A stretch of DNA of 64,000 nt, taken from IMG/VR virus record IMGVR_UViG_3300028591_000084. The stretch is one strand, 5' to 3'. Positions within the stretch are counted from its first letter, which is position 1. Each line of letters starts with the position of its first letter. The notes under the pieces are model-generated. The model worked only from the letters and a program-made list of their open reading frames with translations, was not told the DNA's origin and searched no databases. This document shows positions 39,127-49,660 of the stretch, one piece after another. This DNA is from a virus (Duplodnaviria > Caudoviricetes). The translations under genes were made by a program, and so were the position numbers.

Positions 39127-39459
39127 ATGAGAATAACAAAAATTAATTTAGAGGTTTTAGGTATTAGAAAAATGTTAGAGAACATGGGTCTCGACATAGA
39201 TGATGTTAGCAAACTTCCAAACGAGGAACTTGAACAACTAACACAACTTGGTATTGATCTTCCTAAGATTCTAAGTTCTGAGCAGGAGATTAAAATCAAT
39301 ATTAACCTTAATCAAGTTATTGCTTATGGGGAACCTAAAGAAATTCCTGGATTTCCACAAGTTAGAGGATTTCATGTTTGGGTCAGTGGAAGTAAAGATC
39401 CCTGGTTTATTGCTGAGGAGGATTACGAAACCTTTAAAATTGGCTTTGAGAAATTATGA
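39127..39459 (+). CDS. hypothetical protein
   Basis: 110-aa ORF. Confidence 0.6.
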   Translation: MRITKINLEVLGIRKMLENMGLDIDDVSKLPNEELEQLTQLGIDLPKILSSEQEIKININLNQVIAYGEPKEIPGFPQVRGFHVWVSGSKDPWFIAEEDYETFKIGFEKL

Positions 39460-40112
39460 TTCTAACTATACTTGGTAGGAAGTATAAGATTGATTGTGGT
39501 AAGGGTCAGACAAACTATACTTCTCCTAAGATCCTAGAAAAACTCAATAAAATCATAGAGTGGGACTTAGTAAAGGTTGCGGGTGATGTACCAAAAGAAT
39601 CATATCTGACTAATAAATGTCTTTGTCCTGGTGATGTCATAACTATTAATAATACAATAATTGCTATTAATAGTGAAGATGAACTTGTTACTATTATTAC
39701 TTCTACCGGTATAAACTCACTAAAACGAATAGTAGAAGAGAGTATTTTAACTGAGTATAGGATTAGACAAGCCCCGGATATTGATAATATAGAGTGGGAA
39801 GTGCTCGATACTGAAAGCGATAATCCTACTTATGACGGAAAAGTAACAGTTGACTATCCCGTTTATAGACTCTGGAAGGATATTTTTGCTAAAGATAGAG
39901 GAAACTATATTAAAGTTAAAGCTAAAATCCCGGAGCTCTTAGTACCCATCGACCTAGTATTTGGACCGTGGACAGTCTTATATAAATCGTGTGATTGGGA
40001 CGAAGACGATAGATTTCTAATAATACAGGTCGTCGAACAAATAATAGGTAATTTCATAAACAAATATGATAGGATATTACCTCCTGATGAAAGTGAGTCG
40101 AAGGAAACCTGA
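39456..40112 (+). CDS. hypothetical protein
   Basis: 218-aa coupled ORF. Confidence 0.6.
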   Translation: MILTILGRKYKIDCGKGQTNYTSPKILEKLNKIIEWDLVKVAGDVPKESYLTNKCLCPGDVITINNTIIAINSEDELVTIITSTGINSLKRIVEESILTEYRIRQAPDIDNIEWEVLDTESDNPTYDGKVTVDYPVYRLWKDIFAKDRGNYIKVKAKIPELLVPIDLVFGPWTVLYKSCDWDEDDRFLIIQVVEQIIGNFINKYDRILPPDESESKET

Positions 40113-40128
40113 TTGATCAAAATCTCCT

Positions 40129-40902
40129 ATGAATAAAGTCTTAGTGTTACCAAGGTCAGAGTTTCAAAATAGAATCGACGAATTTGTTGAAAGAGATGAT
40201 GTTATAATTTCGATAGAAGATTACAGAAATCCACTTCCACATATTCTTACAAAAGATAACTGCAACAATTATATCCTTAATATTAACTTTGATGATATAA
40301 ATGAAGAGCGGTATATGTGGGTAGGGCCAGATCCAACTGATTATCTGAAACAAGTCACGAAAGAGCAGATACAGGAAATAGACGAAGCAGTGGATTATGC
40401 TAGTAAACAAGAAAAAAGATTAGTAGTTCACTGTACGGCTGGCCAATCAAGATCTAAGGCTGTTGGGGAATATGCTAGAACAGTGTACGGATATGTACCT
40501 GAGGAGGAGATATTCTATTATAATGGTACTGTCTTAATGCTTCTTAAAAAATTCTACTATCGGAAGCATGGTTTTTATCAATACGAAAGCCCAGAATCAG
40601 AGATAGCTTACCTAAAAGAAGAATTCTCTGGTAAACCATTGATATTTATGAACTCTATTAGAGAACTCAATTCAATCACAAAAGGTGATGGGTATGAACT
40701 AGTAAGGCCTGATGATGTTTTCTTCTTAGAGGAAATAAATCCATGCTCAGAAAAGGAAAAATATCTCTGGACCTTAAGTCAACTCGATACTGGAAAACTA
40801 ACATCAATTGTTGGTTGGCCAGAAACTATCGACGATCTTAGACTATTTCCAAAACTGAAAAAGTATGAGAAGAAGTTACAGAATTATAAAGGAAGCAGTT
40901 AA
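40129..40902 (+). CDS. protein-tyrosine/dual-specificity phosphatase domain plus an unknown C-terminal domain
   Basis: VHCTAGQSRS (CX5R) with an upstream FDD loop. Confidence 0.75.
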   Translation: MNKVLVLPRSEFQNRIDEFVERDDVIISIEDYRNPLPHILTKDNCNNYILNINFDDINEERYMWVGPDPTDYLKQVTKEQIQEIDEAVDYASKQEKRLVVHCTAGQSRSKAVGEYARTVYGYVPEEEIFYYNGTVLMLLKKFYYRKHGFYQYESPESEIAYLKEEFSGKPLIFMNSIRELNSITKGDGYELVRPDDVFFLEEINPCSEKEKYLWTLSQLDTGKLTSIVGWPETIDDLRLFPKLKKYEKKLQNYKGSS

Positions 40903-41050
40903 TAAGTACAGAATTGAGAAAAGAAAATACTGGTTCTTTTGGGGAAAACCAAAATTTAACAAACCTCACCTTTTCAATAATCTAGATAATGCAATAGAAA
41001 AATTAATAGCTGAGGATCCTAACTGTAATATAGACTATGAAACTAGCTGA
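40865..41050 (+). CDS. family G small protein
   Basis: YRIE.R...W..P.F..PH.F shared with 51582..51902. Confidence 0.55.
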   Translation: MRRSYRIIKEAVNKYRIEKRKYWFFWGKPKFNKPHLFNNLDNAIEKLIAEDPNCNIDYETS

Positions 41051-41366
41051 ATTCATAAAGACTTTCTCTCACAATAATGAAGTATATGTAGAAAATAGAT
41101 TGAGAGAAGTAATATACTTTAAGTATAATTCAAGTGATATTAAAAGGCGAAAAGGCTTTTTAATGGACTGGGAATTAAGATATACTGATCTTGCAGAGAT
41201 TGAAGTTCTTGGAATTACCTTTGTTTACGGAAGAGAACCAGGAATTACTATAATCTTGGATACAGAAGTCAAAGAATTTAATTTTTTGCCAGATAAAATA
41301 GATGATGCGCCTCTTTGGTTAAAAGAAAAAGTTAAAGGAGTCAAAGAGGTGTGGGGAGAGGCCTAG
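41037..41366 (+). CDS. hypothetical protein
   Basis: 109-aa ORF. Confidence 0.55.
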   Translation: MKLAEFIKTFSHNNEVYVENRLREVIYFKYNSSDIKRRKGFLMDWELRYTDLAEIEVLGITFVYGREPGITIILDTEVKEFNFLPDKIDDAPLWLKEKVKGVKEVWGEA

Positions 41367-41372
41367 GTCTTT

Positions 41373-41393
41373 CCCTTTATTTCTTTATTATTG
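41373..41393 (+). promoter_or_regulatory. phage promoter motif
   Basis: ccctttatttctttattattg. Confidence 0.65.
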
Positions 41394-41406
41394 AAATTAA
41401 AAATAT

Positions 41407-41649
41407 ATGAAAAAAACTATAAGAATAGAAATAGATATTGATGATAAGTATGTTGAAAAATGGAATAAAGATTTTCTAAATTATCATACTACTCTATATA
41501 AAGATGAAGAAAAAGGTAGAAAAGCATTAGAAGAAAATCCATTAGAAAAAGCAATAGCGCATCAAATTGAAGACTGGCTTGAGAATTATCAGGATGGATT
41601 ATTGTGTTGTAATGCTTGTGTAGAAGAATTAAATGAATATAACAACTAG
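41407..41649 (+). CDS. hypothetical protein
   Basis: 80-aa ORF. Confidence 0.55.
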   Translation: MKKTIRIEIDIDDKYVEKWNKDFLNYHTTLYKDEEKGRKALEENPLEKAIAHQIEDWLENYQDGLLCCNACVEELNEYNN

Positions 41650-41665
41650 AATAATTATTATTTAT

Positions 41666-41841
41666 ATGAAAAATTTAAAATTTATTAGTGGTATTGTAAT
41701 TGTTTTGTGATCTGTCTTCTAGGTGGGAATGTTATTTCGCTCCTTCTAAAGGACAATAACAAAACAGAAGAGTGTATTCTTCTTATTCTAATAATCTGGT
41801 TAATATGTTGGTTATTTGATAAAATCTATAATAAAAAATGA
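41666..41841 (+). pseudogene. frameshifted 2-TM protein
   Basis: Adding one T to the T4 run at 41703-41706 gives a continuous hydrophobic ORF coupled to 41838. Confidence 0.45.
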
Positions 41842-42200
41842 AAGCAAAACTTCTAAAAAAGCTTAGAAAAAAATATCTAAAGCAGTATTGTGTTTATAGA
41901 GATACATATAGCGGGCGATATTATGTAAGAAGATACGGGAAGACATCTATAGGCTCTTCTTTTGGATCACCATCTGACTACCAAGAGGGTGCGATAGAAA
42001 CCGTAAAAAAGCTGGTAAACAGAGATATCCAAACTTATCTTCATGGCAAGAGATTGGGAGTCTTTAGAGTAAATCCTTGGAGTGGTGAGATTAGATACAC
42101 GAAGGTTAATTTAGTGCCATTTAATTTCCTTCTTACTGCAATTATTATAGCAGTTCTATTAGTATCAAGTATTATATGGAAAGTCTTAATCTTAAAATAA
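41838..42200 (+). CDS. hypothetical protein with C-terminal TM
   Basis: MKAKLLKKLRKK start. Confidence 0.55.
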   Translation: MKAKLLKKLRKKYLKQYCVYRDTYSGRYYVRRYGKTSIGSSFGSPSDYQEGAIETVKKLVNRDIQTYLHGKRLGVFRVNPWSGEIRYTKVNLVPFNFLLTAIIIAVLLVSSIIWKVLILK

Positions 42201-42628
42201 TACCTGATTGTCTAGTTGGTAATAGAACTTTTAATGAGGACGAACTAGACAATAATTCTTGGTGGTATTTACACGGAGAGCTAGAGAGGAGGTTTGGATA
42301 TGATAAAGGTATAGCTGTGAACTGTAAGACTGTTGGATTATCTATCCCCACTATTGACTGGTCTTCTATTGACGGGAAAGAAGTTAAGCAAGTCTTTAGT
42401 GAGAAGGATAGATGGGAACTTCATGCTAACGGGGAAATACCGGTTGAGGTAGAAGGTGTTGATGAACCCTGCATTGGTTATTTTTGGACAACTGATCTAA
42501 CACTAGTCTCTTGGAAAGGTAATAAATATCCTTTATGGAAACAGAGAGGCTTAGTTTGTCTACTAAGCGATAAAAAAGGTTGTGAAGATGCCTTGAAAAA
42601 ATATAAAGCGTCAAAGAGTCGGATTTAA
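42176..42628 (+). CDS. hypothetical protein
   Basis: 150-aa ORF followed by a terminator. Confidence 0.55.
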   Translation: MESLNLKIIPDCLVGNRTFNEDELDNNSWWYLHGELERRFGYDKGIAVNCKTVGLSIPTIDWSSIDGKEVKQVFSEKDRWELHANGEIPVEVEGVDEPCIGYFWTTDLTLVSWKGNKYPLWKQRGLVCLLSDKKGCEDALKKYKASKSRI

Positions 42629-42655
42629 TGTCCGGCTTTTTTCTTTGATCTTTAG

Positions 42656-42676
42656 CCCTTAGGATCCTTATTATTG
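42656..42676 (+). promoter_or_regulatory. phage promoter motif at the head of the cassette array
   Basis: cccttaggatccttattattg. Confidence 0.6.
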
Positions 42677-42748
42677 ATGAATAAACAAATTTTATTGATA
42701 CAGTTAAATTTAAATAGAATAAAAAATTAACACTTAGAGCATTAATTA

Positions 42749-43132
42749 ATGAACGAACCGTATGTAGATTATGAGTTAGCTAAGTTGCTAAAGGAGAAAG
42801 GATTTGATGAACCTTGTAACTACTTTTTTAAGTATAGTAGTAAAGTTATTTATTTTGGTACTGAATTTAAAAATAGTCAGATAGGTGAACTATTCTTTAA
42901 TGCTCCTACAATACGTGATGCTTTAAAGTGGCTAAAAAAGAAATATGGGATCTATGCATCTCCAATAGAACAGGGTAATAGTGACGAACCCCCTACTGGA
43001 CAATATACATGGTGTGTATCAAAGGATAGTGTAATCTATAGAAATCACACCGTCTCTGAGAAATTAACCTGGGCAGACGCTGGTAAGGAGGCTTTAAAGT
43101 TTGCATTAATAAATGTTGTAAAAGCTTTATGA
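42749..43132 (+). CDS. family B protein
   Basis: YVDYELAKLLKEKGF...APT...KWL. Confidence 0.65.
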   Translation: MNEPYVDYELAKLLKEKGFDEPCNYFFKYSSKVIYFGTEFKNSQIGELFFNAPTIRDALKWLKKKYGIYASPIEQGNSDEPPTGQYTWCVSKDSVIYRNHTVSEKLTWADAGKEALKFALINVVKAL

Positions 43133-43536
43133 TAAATTTAGAAAAACTATTTTGTGATCTAATAAGGTATAGTGAAAGCGATTCTAAATGGCACAGCATT
43201 GTTATGAAGGCCTTAAGAGAACAGGGTCTAGATTGGAATGGCAGTGAGATCATAAAGGCTTCTCCTTATCCAGATCCAAAAATTAATAAGTGGTATGTCT
43301 GTCTTAGGAATTTTCATATTGGAACAAGTTTAGTATTTGTAAAAGGAGAGTGCTATAGATGCCCTGAATCCTGGTCTATGCTGGATAAGTGTAATAGGAG
43401 AATAGGGTTTAGTAAGGACAGTTTCTATAAAGTTTTTCGCCTTGCAACTAATAATGAAATTCCAACAGAAGCACAATTTTCAGATAGCAGCTATCATAAG
43501 TCTTTTCAGCTATAAATTCTTTAAATTTTACTATAC

Positions 43537-43974
43537 ATGGAATATGATGAAGTGCAGTTATTATTGACTGATCTTTGTTGCAGACAACCTTTTAATGTTA
43601 AGATAGCCTATGTCGGTAATGAACTGATTAATGGATCTCTCATAGGCATTACAGGGGAACAAGTTACAATGTTTAGTAGTGGGAGGACGACCTTTAATGT
43701 CAGGGATGTTAGACCTTATCTTCGTCCATTTTCTTCAATGACCGAGGAGGAGTTTAAATCTCTTACAGAAACCACTGGTCTTATATATGACCAACTAGAA
43801 CTTATGAGATTTGATGATTGCGCAACATTGGAATTTTGGCTTGAAGAAATTCCATCTTATGTTGTAATCAAGGTGTTTGATTGGCTCAACAAGAACCACT
43901 TTGATTTTCGCGGATTAATTGAGCGTAAATTAGCCATCAAAGTAACAAAAGAAAATAATCCTTATGAAAATTAA
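43537..43974 (+). CDS. family A protein
   Basis: LLLTDLCCR...PYLRPFSSMT...DWLNKNHFDFRGLI. Confidence 0.65.
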   Translation: MEYDEVQLLLTDLCCRQPFNVKIAYVGNELINGSLIGITGEQVTMFSSGRTTFNVRDVRPYLRPFSSMTEEEFKSLTETTGLIYDQLELMRFDDCATLEFWLEEIPSYVVIKVFDWLNKNHFDFRGLIERKLAIKVTKENNPYEN

Positions 43975-44364
43975 AACAAAACTCTGTGAAGGTGAAAAAG
44001 AATTAGAAGATTTCCTAAATAATGAGATTGATTATGGAGGTTTTCGTGAAGAAAGTATTATATTAGGTATAACACAAGATAGAATGTTTTATACAGTAAT
44101 ATATAAAGATTATAAAAACTAAAATTCATGCAGCAATTATGATTTACCTATATAGATTTTTGTGGGTGATGTTTTACATTCCGGTTATTGTCTTTACATT
44201 TTTAATATTTATATTAAGCATTCCTATATTTGCGCTTGTCCGTTTGTTTTACTTTATAAAAACAGGCGACGAGGATTGTACCCCAGATGAACCTATTCCC
44301 TTTGAACTAGTAGCGCTAATTTTTAGTTGGTATACTAATATATTAGAGAAAATAGAAGAAAAAT

Positions 44365-44727
44365 ATGAAAACAAAAATTTACACTTCAGTTGAACAATCC
44401 AAGAAACTAATTAAGTTAGGTTTGGATCCTAATACCGCTGATATGTATTATTATACAGTCAATGGGGATTTATATAAAACACCTAATATAATAGAGAGTG
44501 AAGATGATCTATGCGCGGATGTAAACTCTATTCCTGCATGGACTCTTCCTGCTTTATTGAATATTATTGCTGACGTAAACTGTATCAGGCTAGGTACGAA
44601 CGATGCAGCAGCCTGGCAATGCAAACTAAATCTTGGGGAAAGAGACCATCATAATACAACACAATACAACAACCCTCTTGATGCAGCATTTGAAATGGTT
44701 TGTTGGTTAAAAGAGAATAAATTATGA
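44365..44727 (+). CDS. family C protein
   Basis: YTSVEQSKKL...ADM...PAWTL...DAAFEM. Confidence 0.65.
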   Translation: MKTKIYTSVEQSKKLIKLGLDPNTADMYYYTVNGDLYKTPNIIESEDDLCADVNSIPAWTLPALLNIIADVNCIRLGTNDAAAWQCKLNLGERDHHNTTQYNNPLDAAFEMVCWLKENKL

Positions 44728-45152
44728 CACAAGAAGGTAAACAACTATTATTAGAGGATCTTAGTGCAAGATTACCTTATGAAGTAAAAGTAACGTGGGA
44801 TGACAAACATCCGTTAACAATTACACCTCATATTTATTGTGCAATAGTAAGTGAAGATAATATAAAGAATCTCCCAAAATTATTACTTCGTCCACTATCT
44901 TCAATGACAAAGGAAGAATCTAAAGAATTTGAAAGCATATGGAATAGTGGATTTGAAAAGGCACTTGATGCACAGGTTTCTAACTGTGATGATAACGTTG
45001 TTAGAAATTTAGAAATTATTGCCTCGTCTAAAGCTATTGATTGGCTTAATAAGAAAATGTTTGCCTATCGTACTATTGATGGTAAGGATATGTTTGAGTT
45101 AGGACTTGCTATTGAAGCACTAGACGGCATGTACAATATAAAAGAGAAATGA
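44724..45152 (+). CDS. family A protein
   Basis: MTQE..LLLEDLSARLPY...RPLSSMT. Confidence 0.65.
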   Translation: MTQEGKQLLLEDLSARLPYEVKVTWDDKHPLTITPHIYCAIVSEDNIKNLPKLLLRPLSSMTKEESKEFESIWNSGFEKALDAQVSNCDDNVVRNLEIIASSKAIDWLNKKMFAYRTIDGKDMFELGLAIEALDGMYNIKEK

Positions 45153-45300
45153 CTGCGAAGTTTCATGTTGGAGATGTTATAAGCTGGGGCGCTAGTAGGT
45201 TTGTTCCTATTATCAGTATTGAATATGGTTCTTATGTTACACCCTACGGAAGAGTATCCTCTATTTATGACAGTAGAATTACACTAAAGGAGAAATAATT

Positions 45301-45684
45301 GTGGCAACAATTGCAGAAGATTACGTTAGTTTTGAAACAGCAAAATTGTTGAAAGAAAAAGGGTTTGATGAATCATGTTATCAAAAATACGATGATGAAG
45401 GATATTTATCTTTTAATCATGTAGGATATATTAATAGTGACAAACCTCGTGATGATTTTTATGCATTAGCTCCAACTCTTCAGATGGCAATGAAGTGGCT
45501 GAGAGATGTATATAATATAAATATTGATATTGTATCAATCTGGAATCAGAAGCGATTTGAATATCAGGTTTTTGTTGTTACTCCTGAAAATGCTAAACAT
45601 TGCTATGTAGATGACAAATTGTATCTTGGCTACGAAGAAGCCTGTGAAGAAGCAATTAAATATTGTCTTAAAAATTTAATTTGA
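45301..45684 (+). CDS. family B protein
   Basis: ATIAEDYVSFETAKLLKEKGF...PTLQMAMKWLR. Confidence 0.65.
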   Translation: MATIAEDYVSFETAKLLKEKGFDESCYQKYDDEGYLSFNHVGYINSDKPRDDFYALAPTLQMAMKWLRDVYNINIDIVSIWNQKRFEYQVFVVTPENAKHCYVDDKLYLGYEEACEEAIKYCLKNLI

Positions 45685-45984
45685 ATAATTATGGGAGCAG
45701 AAATATCTGTTTCGGCACATAATACACATTCTTGCACAAAACCTAAAAATATAAAGACGATGGATTGTTGTAAGACGTGTACTTCAAGACAGCCTAATAT
45801 GAATTGTAAGTTTTTAAAGATAGAAACTGTTTATCTTAAAGATTAAATAACTATGACAACAATTAAAAGAACTATAGAAGAAAAATAGAAATATTTAAAA
45901 AACAATGTCGACTCCTTGAATACAATGCTGAAATGTTAGTAAGTGACAAATATGATATTGAACCAGTTATTAAAATGAGTAACT

Positions 45985-46167
45985 ATGGCAACAATTAAAT
46001 CACTCATAATAATTTGCTATCTACTGTCATTGATAATATGTATTATTTCCCAAATACACTATCATGACCATGACATTGATTTTGTTGACATATTTGCAGG
46101 GATATGTCCTGTTTTAAATTCGATTTGTGCAATTGTTTATATTTATAATTTTATACAAGAAAGATGA
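45985..46167 (+). CDS. chimeric TM peptide with a family C start (MATIKS)
   Basis: First 18 nt identical to the start at 63822. Confidence 0.5.
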   Translation: MATIKSLIIICYLLSLIICIISQIHYHDHDIDFVDIFAGICPVLNSICAIVYIYNFIQER

Positions 46168-46556
46168 AAGTAAGTGTAAATAACAAATGCAAGGCTTTCA
46201 CATCTTTGGAACAAAGTCGCGAGTTGGCAAAGATCCTGCCGCTTGAGAGTGCGGATATGCATTATATTAAGCATCCTATTGAAAAGTACTATAGCCCTAT
46301 ACCACTTATAGGTAAGTACTTTAAAATACAAGATGAAATGCCTTGTTGGAGCCTTGCGACATTGATTAATATTTTACCTCGATCCATAGAATTTAAAGGT
46401 GATGAGTATTATCTCAAATTTATGAAAGAATATGTCGAATACGCTAATGATGAAGTATCTATTACTGGTAGGTGTTTACATACCACAGGCAATAACAACC
46501 TTGTTGATGCTTGTGTTGAAATGATTATTAAGTTGCACGAAAAGAGTTTGTTATGA
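46164..46556 (+). CDS. family C protein
   Basis: TSLEQSRELAKILPLESADM...NLVDACVEM. Confidence 0.65.
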   Translation: MKVSVNNKCKAFTSLEQSRELAKILPLESADMHYIKHPIEKYYSPIPLIGKYFKIQDEMPCWSLATLINILPRSIEFKGDEYYLKFMKEYVEYANDEVSITGRCLHTTGNNNLVDACVEMIIKLHEKSLL

Positions 46557-46978
46557 AAAGTTATACAGATCTAGAACAGTCAAAGAAGTTGGCAGAGATA
46601 TTGCCAATAGAAAGTGCGGATATGGTATATCTTAGATGTGATTTTGAAGATGAGGATGAATATAGTATTCTTGTTGGTTCGTATCATGAAGGATATGCAG
46701 AAAGAGAAGACGGAACCATAGTTCCTGTCTTTGATGAGCACATTCCTGCTTGGAGCCTTGCTGCATTACTTAATGTTTTACCTCTCAATCTTATTGTAAA
46801 TAATCATAACTACGCATTTAGTATGGTAAAGGGTTTGAATAAAAATGGTGAAACCTATGCAATTAAATACGCTATATTTAATACAACCTTTTATTTTCAC
46901 CTGACAGAATTTTATAATAATCCAGTTGATGCTTGTGTGGCTATGATTGAGAAATTACACGAAAGGAATTTGTTATGA
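46553..46978 (+). CDS. family C protein
   Basis: YTDLEQSKKLAEILPIESADM. Confidence 0.65.
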   Translation: MKSYTDLEQSKKLAEILPIESADMVYLRCDFEDEDEYSILVGSYHEGYAEREDGTIVPVFDEHIPAWSLAALLNVLPLNLIVNNHNYAFSMVKGLNKNGETYAIKYAIFNTTFYFHLTEFYNNPVDACVAMIEKLHERNLL

Positions 46979-47097
46979 CACAAGAAAATAAAAAACTATT
47001 GCTGCAAATAAGACTAAAGGCAATGCTGATAGCAGCAACAATAGGAATTGGGATTGTGTTATTTCTTATAAGTATTGCTTATTTTTTTACGGAATAA
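46975..47097 (+). CDS. chimeric TM peptide with a family A start (MTQENKKLLLQ); 40 aa
   Basis: Family A N-terminal tag fused to a hydrophobic segment. Confidence 0.45.
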   Translation: MTQENKKLLLQIRLKAMLIAATIGIGIVLFLISIAYFFTE

Positions 47098-47112
47098 TTA
47101 CTTGGTGTAGTG

Positions 47113-47454
47113 ATGGACAAAGTAGAAAAAATTAAAGCGGAGATTGAGGTACGTTATAATGAATGCCTGAAACGGGCTAAAATAATTGATGCTGAATATT
47201 GGAATGGCAAGGCTGATGCTTATCGTGATATGTTGGTTGTTCTCGACACCCTTGAAGTGAAAGAGGTAGATTTGAAATTAGAAAATGAAAATAACAGCCC
47301 CAAGATTACTATTGGAACTAAAATCCGTTCAAAGACAAACCCAGATGTAATTCTGAGTATCATTTCTGATGATTGTCACGAGGATGAGTTTGAGTGTTCG
47401 AACGGTAGCGTATTATCATTAAAACAAATTGAAAAATACTATGACCTCGTTTGA
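47113..47454 (+). CDS. family D protein
   Basis: MDKVEKIKAEIE...IRSKTNPDV...YYDL. Confidence 0.65.
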   Translation: MDKVEKIKAEIEVRYNECLKRAKIIDAEYWNGKADAYRDMLVVLDTLEVKEVDLKLENENNSPKITIGTKIRSKTNPDVILSIISDDCHEDEFECSNGSVLSLKQIEKYYDLV

Positions 47455-47824
47455 AAAAAAAATTATGACACAAAATATATGAAGATAGATTATAAAATAG
47501 GCGATTGGGTTGAGACTTGTGATTGGTATCCGGCCATTGTTCAGAAAATTGATAGGGATAATGATAGTGTTGAACTGTTTTATCCGAGCAAGGCCTTTGA
47601 TAATGAAGATAATCCTAACAAAACGTATCGAGGTGGAAGTTTATGCTCTATTGAAAATTGTGGGGTTCATAAAATTACGCCTGAATACGCCTCTATGTTA
47701 ATGTCTTTAAGTTTAGAAAAATTAAAGGACTTATGGGAAACCTCAAATACGGTAGAGGAGTATGAAAACAAAGTTAGGGAAGAGTACGAAAAGGGACTTA
47801 ACCAAAACAACCTTACATGAATTA

Positions 47825-48049
47825 ATGATGACTAAAAAATATATAAAACCGAGGGTTGAGATCCTAGATTGTAATATAAAGAATATTATATGTGGATCTT
47901 GTGAAGACATAGATTGTGGATCTTGTGAAGACATAGATAACAGAGAAAATGATTATAGATGTGGAGGTGATTGTAAGTTCTGGCATTTCTGTTTAGATAG
48001 AGAATGGTATCGTCATTGTTCTGATAAAGAACTAAAACAATATAGGTAA
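47825..48049 (+). CDS. Cys-rich peptide with a YxKP...ICGS leader-like N-terminus
   Basis: MMTKKYIKPRVEILDCNIKNIICGS. Confidence 0.55.
   Translation: MMTKKYIKPRVEILDCNIKNIICGSCEDIDCGSCEDIDNRENDYRCGGDCKFWHFCLDREWYRHCSDKELKQYR
47891..47938 (+). repeat. 24-bp tandem duplication (CGSCEDID x2)
   Basis: tgtggatcttgtgaagacatagat repeated twice exactly. Confidence 0.95.
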
Positions 48050-48142
48050 TTATGACAATTCTTGGCTCTGAAAGAATGTTGTAATTTGTTCTTTCATTCT
48101 ATGTTTTGTTGTAGTAGAAATTATTAAAATTTATTAAAGAAA

Positions 48143-49234
48143 ATGAAAAAAGACACAAATAGATTGAGATTAGCGAAAAAGGCTTTAGAGTCAGGATCCT
48201 ACGATAGAAAAACTATTGAATATATCTTTCCTGAACTTAAAGAATCCGAGGATGAGAGGATAAGAAATGGGCTTATAGGGTACTTTCGAGCAGGTAAATG
48301 TGAAAATATTAGTAGTTATCATGGTATTTCTACTAATGATATTCTTGCTTGGCTTGAAAAGCAAAGTGAACATGCTAATTTTAGAGACAAAATTCAGATT
48401 GGTGACAAAGTGACACGTAATGAAGATGGTATGCTTGTTAAAAGAATAGCAAAGAAAGATGAAAAGCAAGACGAACAGGAGCCAGCTGATGAGGCTAAAC
48501 CTAAGTTTAAAGTTGGGGACTGGGTAATAGATAAGAATGGAATAGTTAAACAAATATTATCCTATAAGGATTGTATATATAAGCACACAGACGGCTATTC
48601 TTCAAAAATGTTTGAAGATGAGTGGAGGTTATGGGACATTACCAAAGATGCAAAGGAAGGTGATATACTTATCCATAATGAATGTACCTTCATATTTATG
48701 GGCATCAAAGATGGTATAGTACAGGCTTTGGAAGAAAACCTCTTAGATGGTACAAATCCTGTACCTTTTGGCGAGCCAAGTAAAGGCAAAGATTATTATT
48801 ATCCCGCAATCAAAGAACAGCGCGATGCTCTGATTAAAGCAATGGCTGATGCAGGATATACTTTCGATTTTGAGAAAAGAGAATTGAAGAAGATTGAGCA
48901 GAAGCATACTCCTAAACATAAAGTTGGCGACACTATTTACTATAACTCATTTGGAGAGGTTAAAAGTATGATTGTAGCTAATATTGTTACAGATAATACA
49001 GACAACCCAATGTACGAAGACGAAAATGGCAGTGCCGTATTTGAGAAAGACCTTGTTGAGCAAAAACCTACTTGGAGTGAAGAAGATGAACAGTTCCTCC
49101 TTGTGTGTAAAAATGCTTTGGCTAAATACCAAGTTTCAGATAAATGGGATGCAAGTATTATTTCACAATGGTTAGAAAATAGGCTCAAACCTTTACGCTT
49201 TCAATCCTCTACTAACACAGGAGAAACTCATTGA
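48143..49234 (+). CDS. family E multi-module protein
   Basis: FPELKESEDERIR, PKFKVGDW, LWDITKDAK, KEQRD and WSEEDE modules. Confidence 0.7.
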   Translation: MKKDTNRLRLAKKALESGSYDRKTIEYIFPELKESEDERIRNGLIGYFRAGKCENISSYHGISTNDILAWLEKQSEHANFRDKIQIGDKVTRNEDGMLVKRIAKKDEKQDEQEPADEAKPKFKVGDWVIDKNGIVKQILSYKDCIYKHTDGYSSKMFEDEWRLWDITKDAKEGDILIHNECTFIFMGIKDGIVQALEENLLDGTNPVPFGEPSKGKDYYYPAIKEQRDALIKAMADAGYTFDFEKRELKKIEQKHTPKHKVGDTIYYNSFGEVKSMIVANIVTDNTDNPMYEDENGSAVFEKDLVEQKPTWSEEDEQFLLVCKNALAKYQVSDKWDASIISQWLENRLKPLRFQSSTNTGETH

Positions 49235-49660
49235 AGAATATTTCGGGCGCCATCTTAAAAACACAGAAATTCAATAAAGGAGAAATAGACTATGTTCAAC
49301 AGGTATTTCATTGGTGGAGACACTAAAAATCAGAAATGTGAAGTTAATCTGAATCAACCATCAACAGGCTTTATTCAGAAATCAAACCCCGTAAGTAGGT
49401 TTATTCGTTTTCAGCGTGGTTCTAAAATAGAGGAGCAATTGTTTCCGACAGATCCGCGGAATAAACCCCATCTTACTTATGTAGAGAATCAATTTGATGT
49501 AGATCATGGCGACATTAGTAGGTACTATGATGTCACTAAAGAAGAGGAAGTTATAGTACTTCAAGTGTGTATTTTTGGGCAAGATTATATGTTGGCAGAA
49601 TATGTGTTTGTAAAAGACATTAAATAGATTAGTGAAAGCGGTTTAATCAAAACAACTAAT

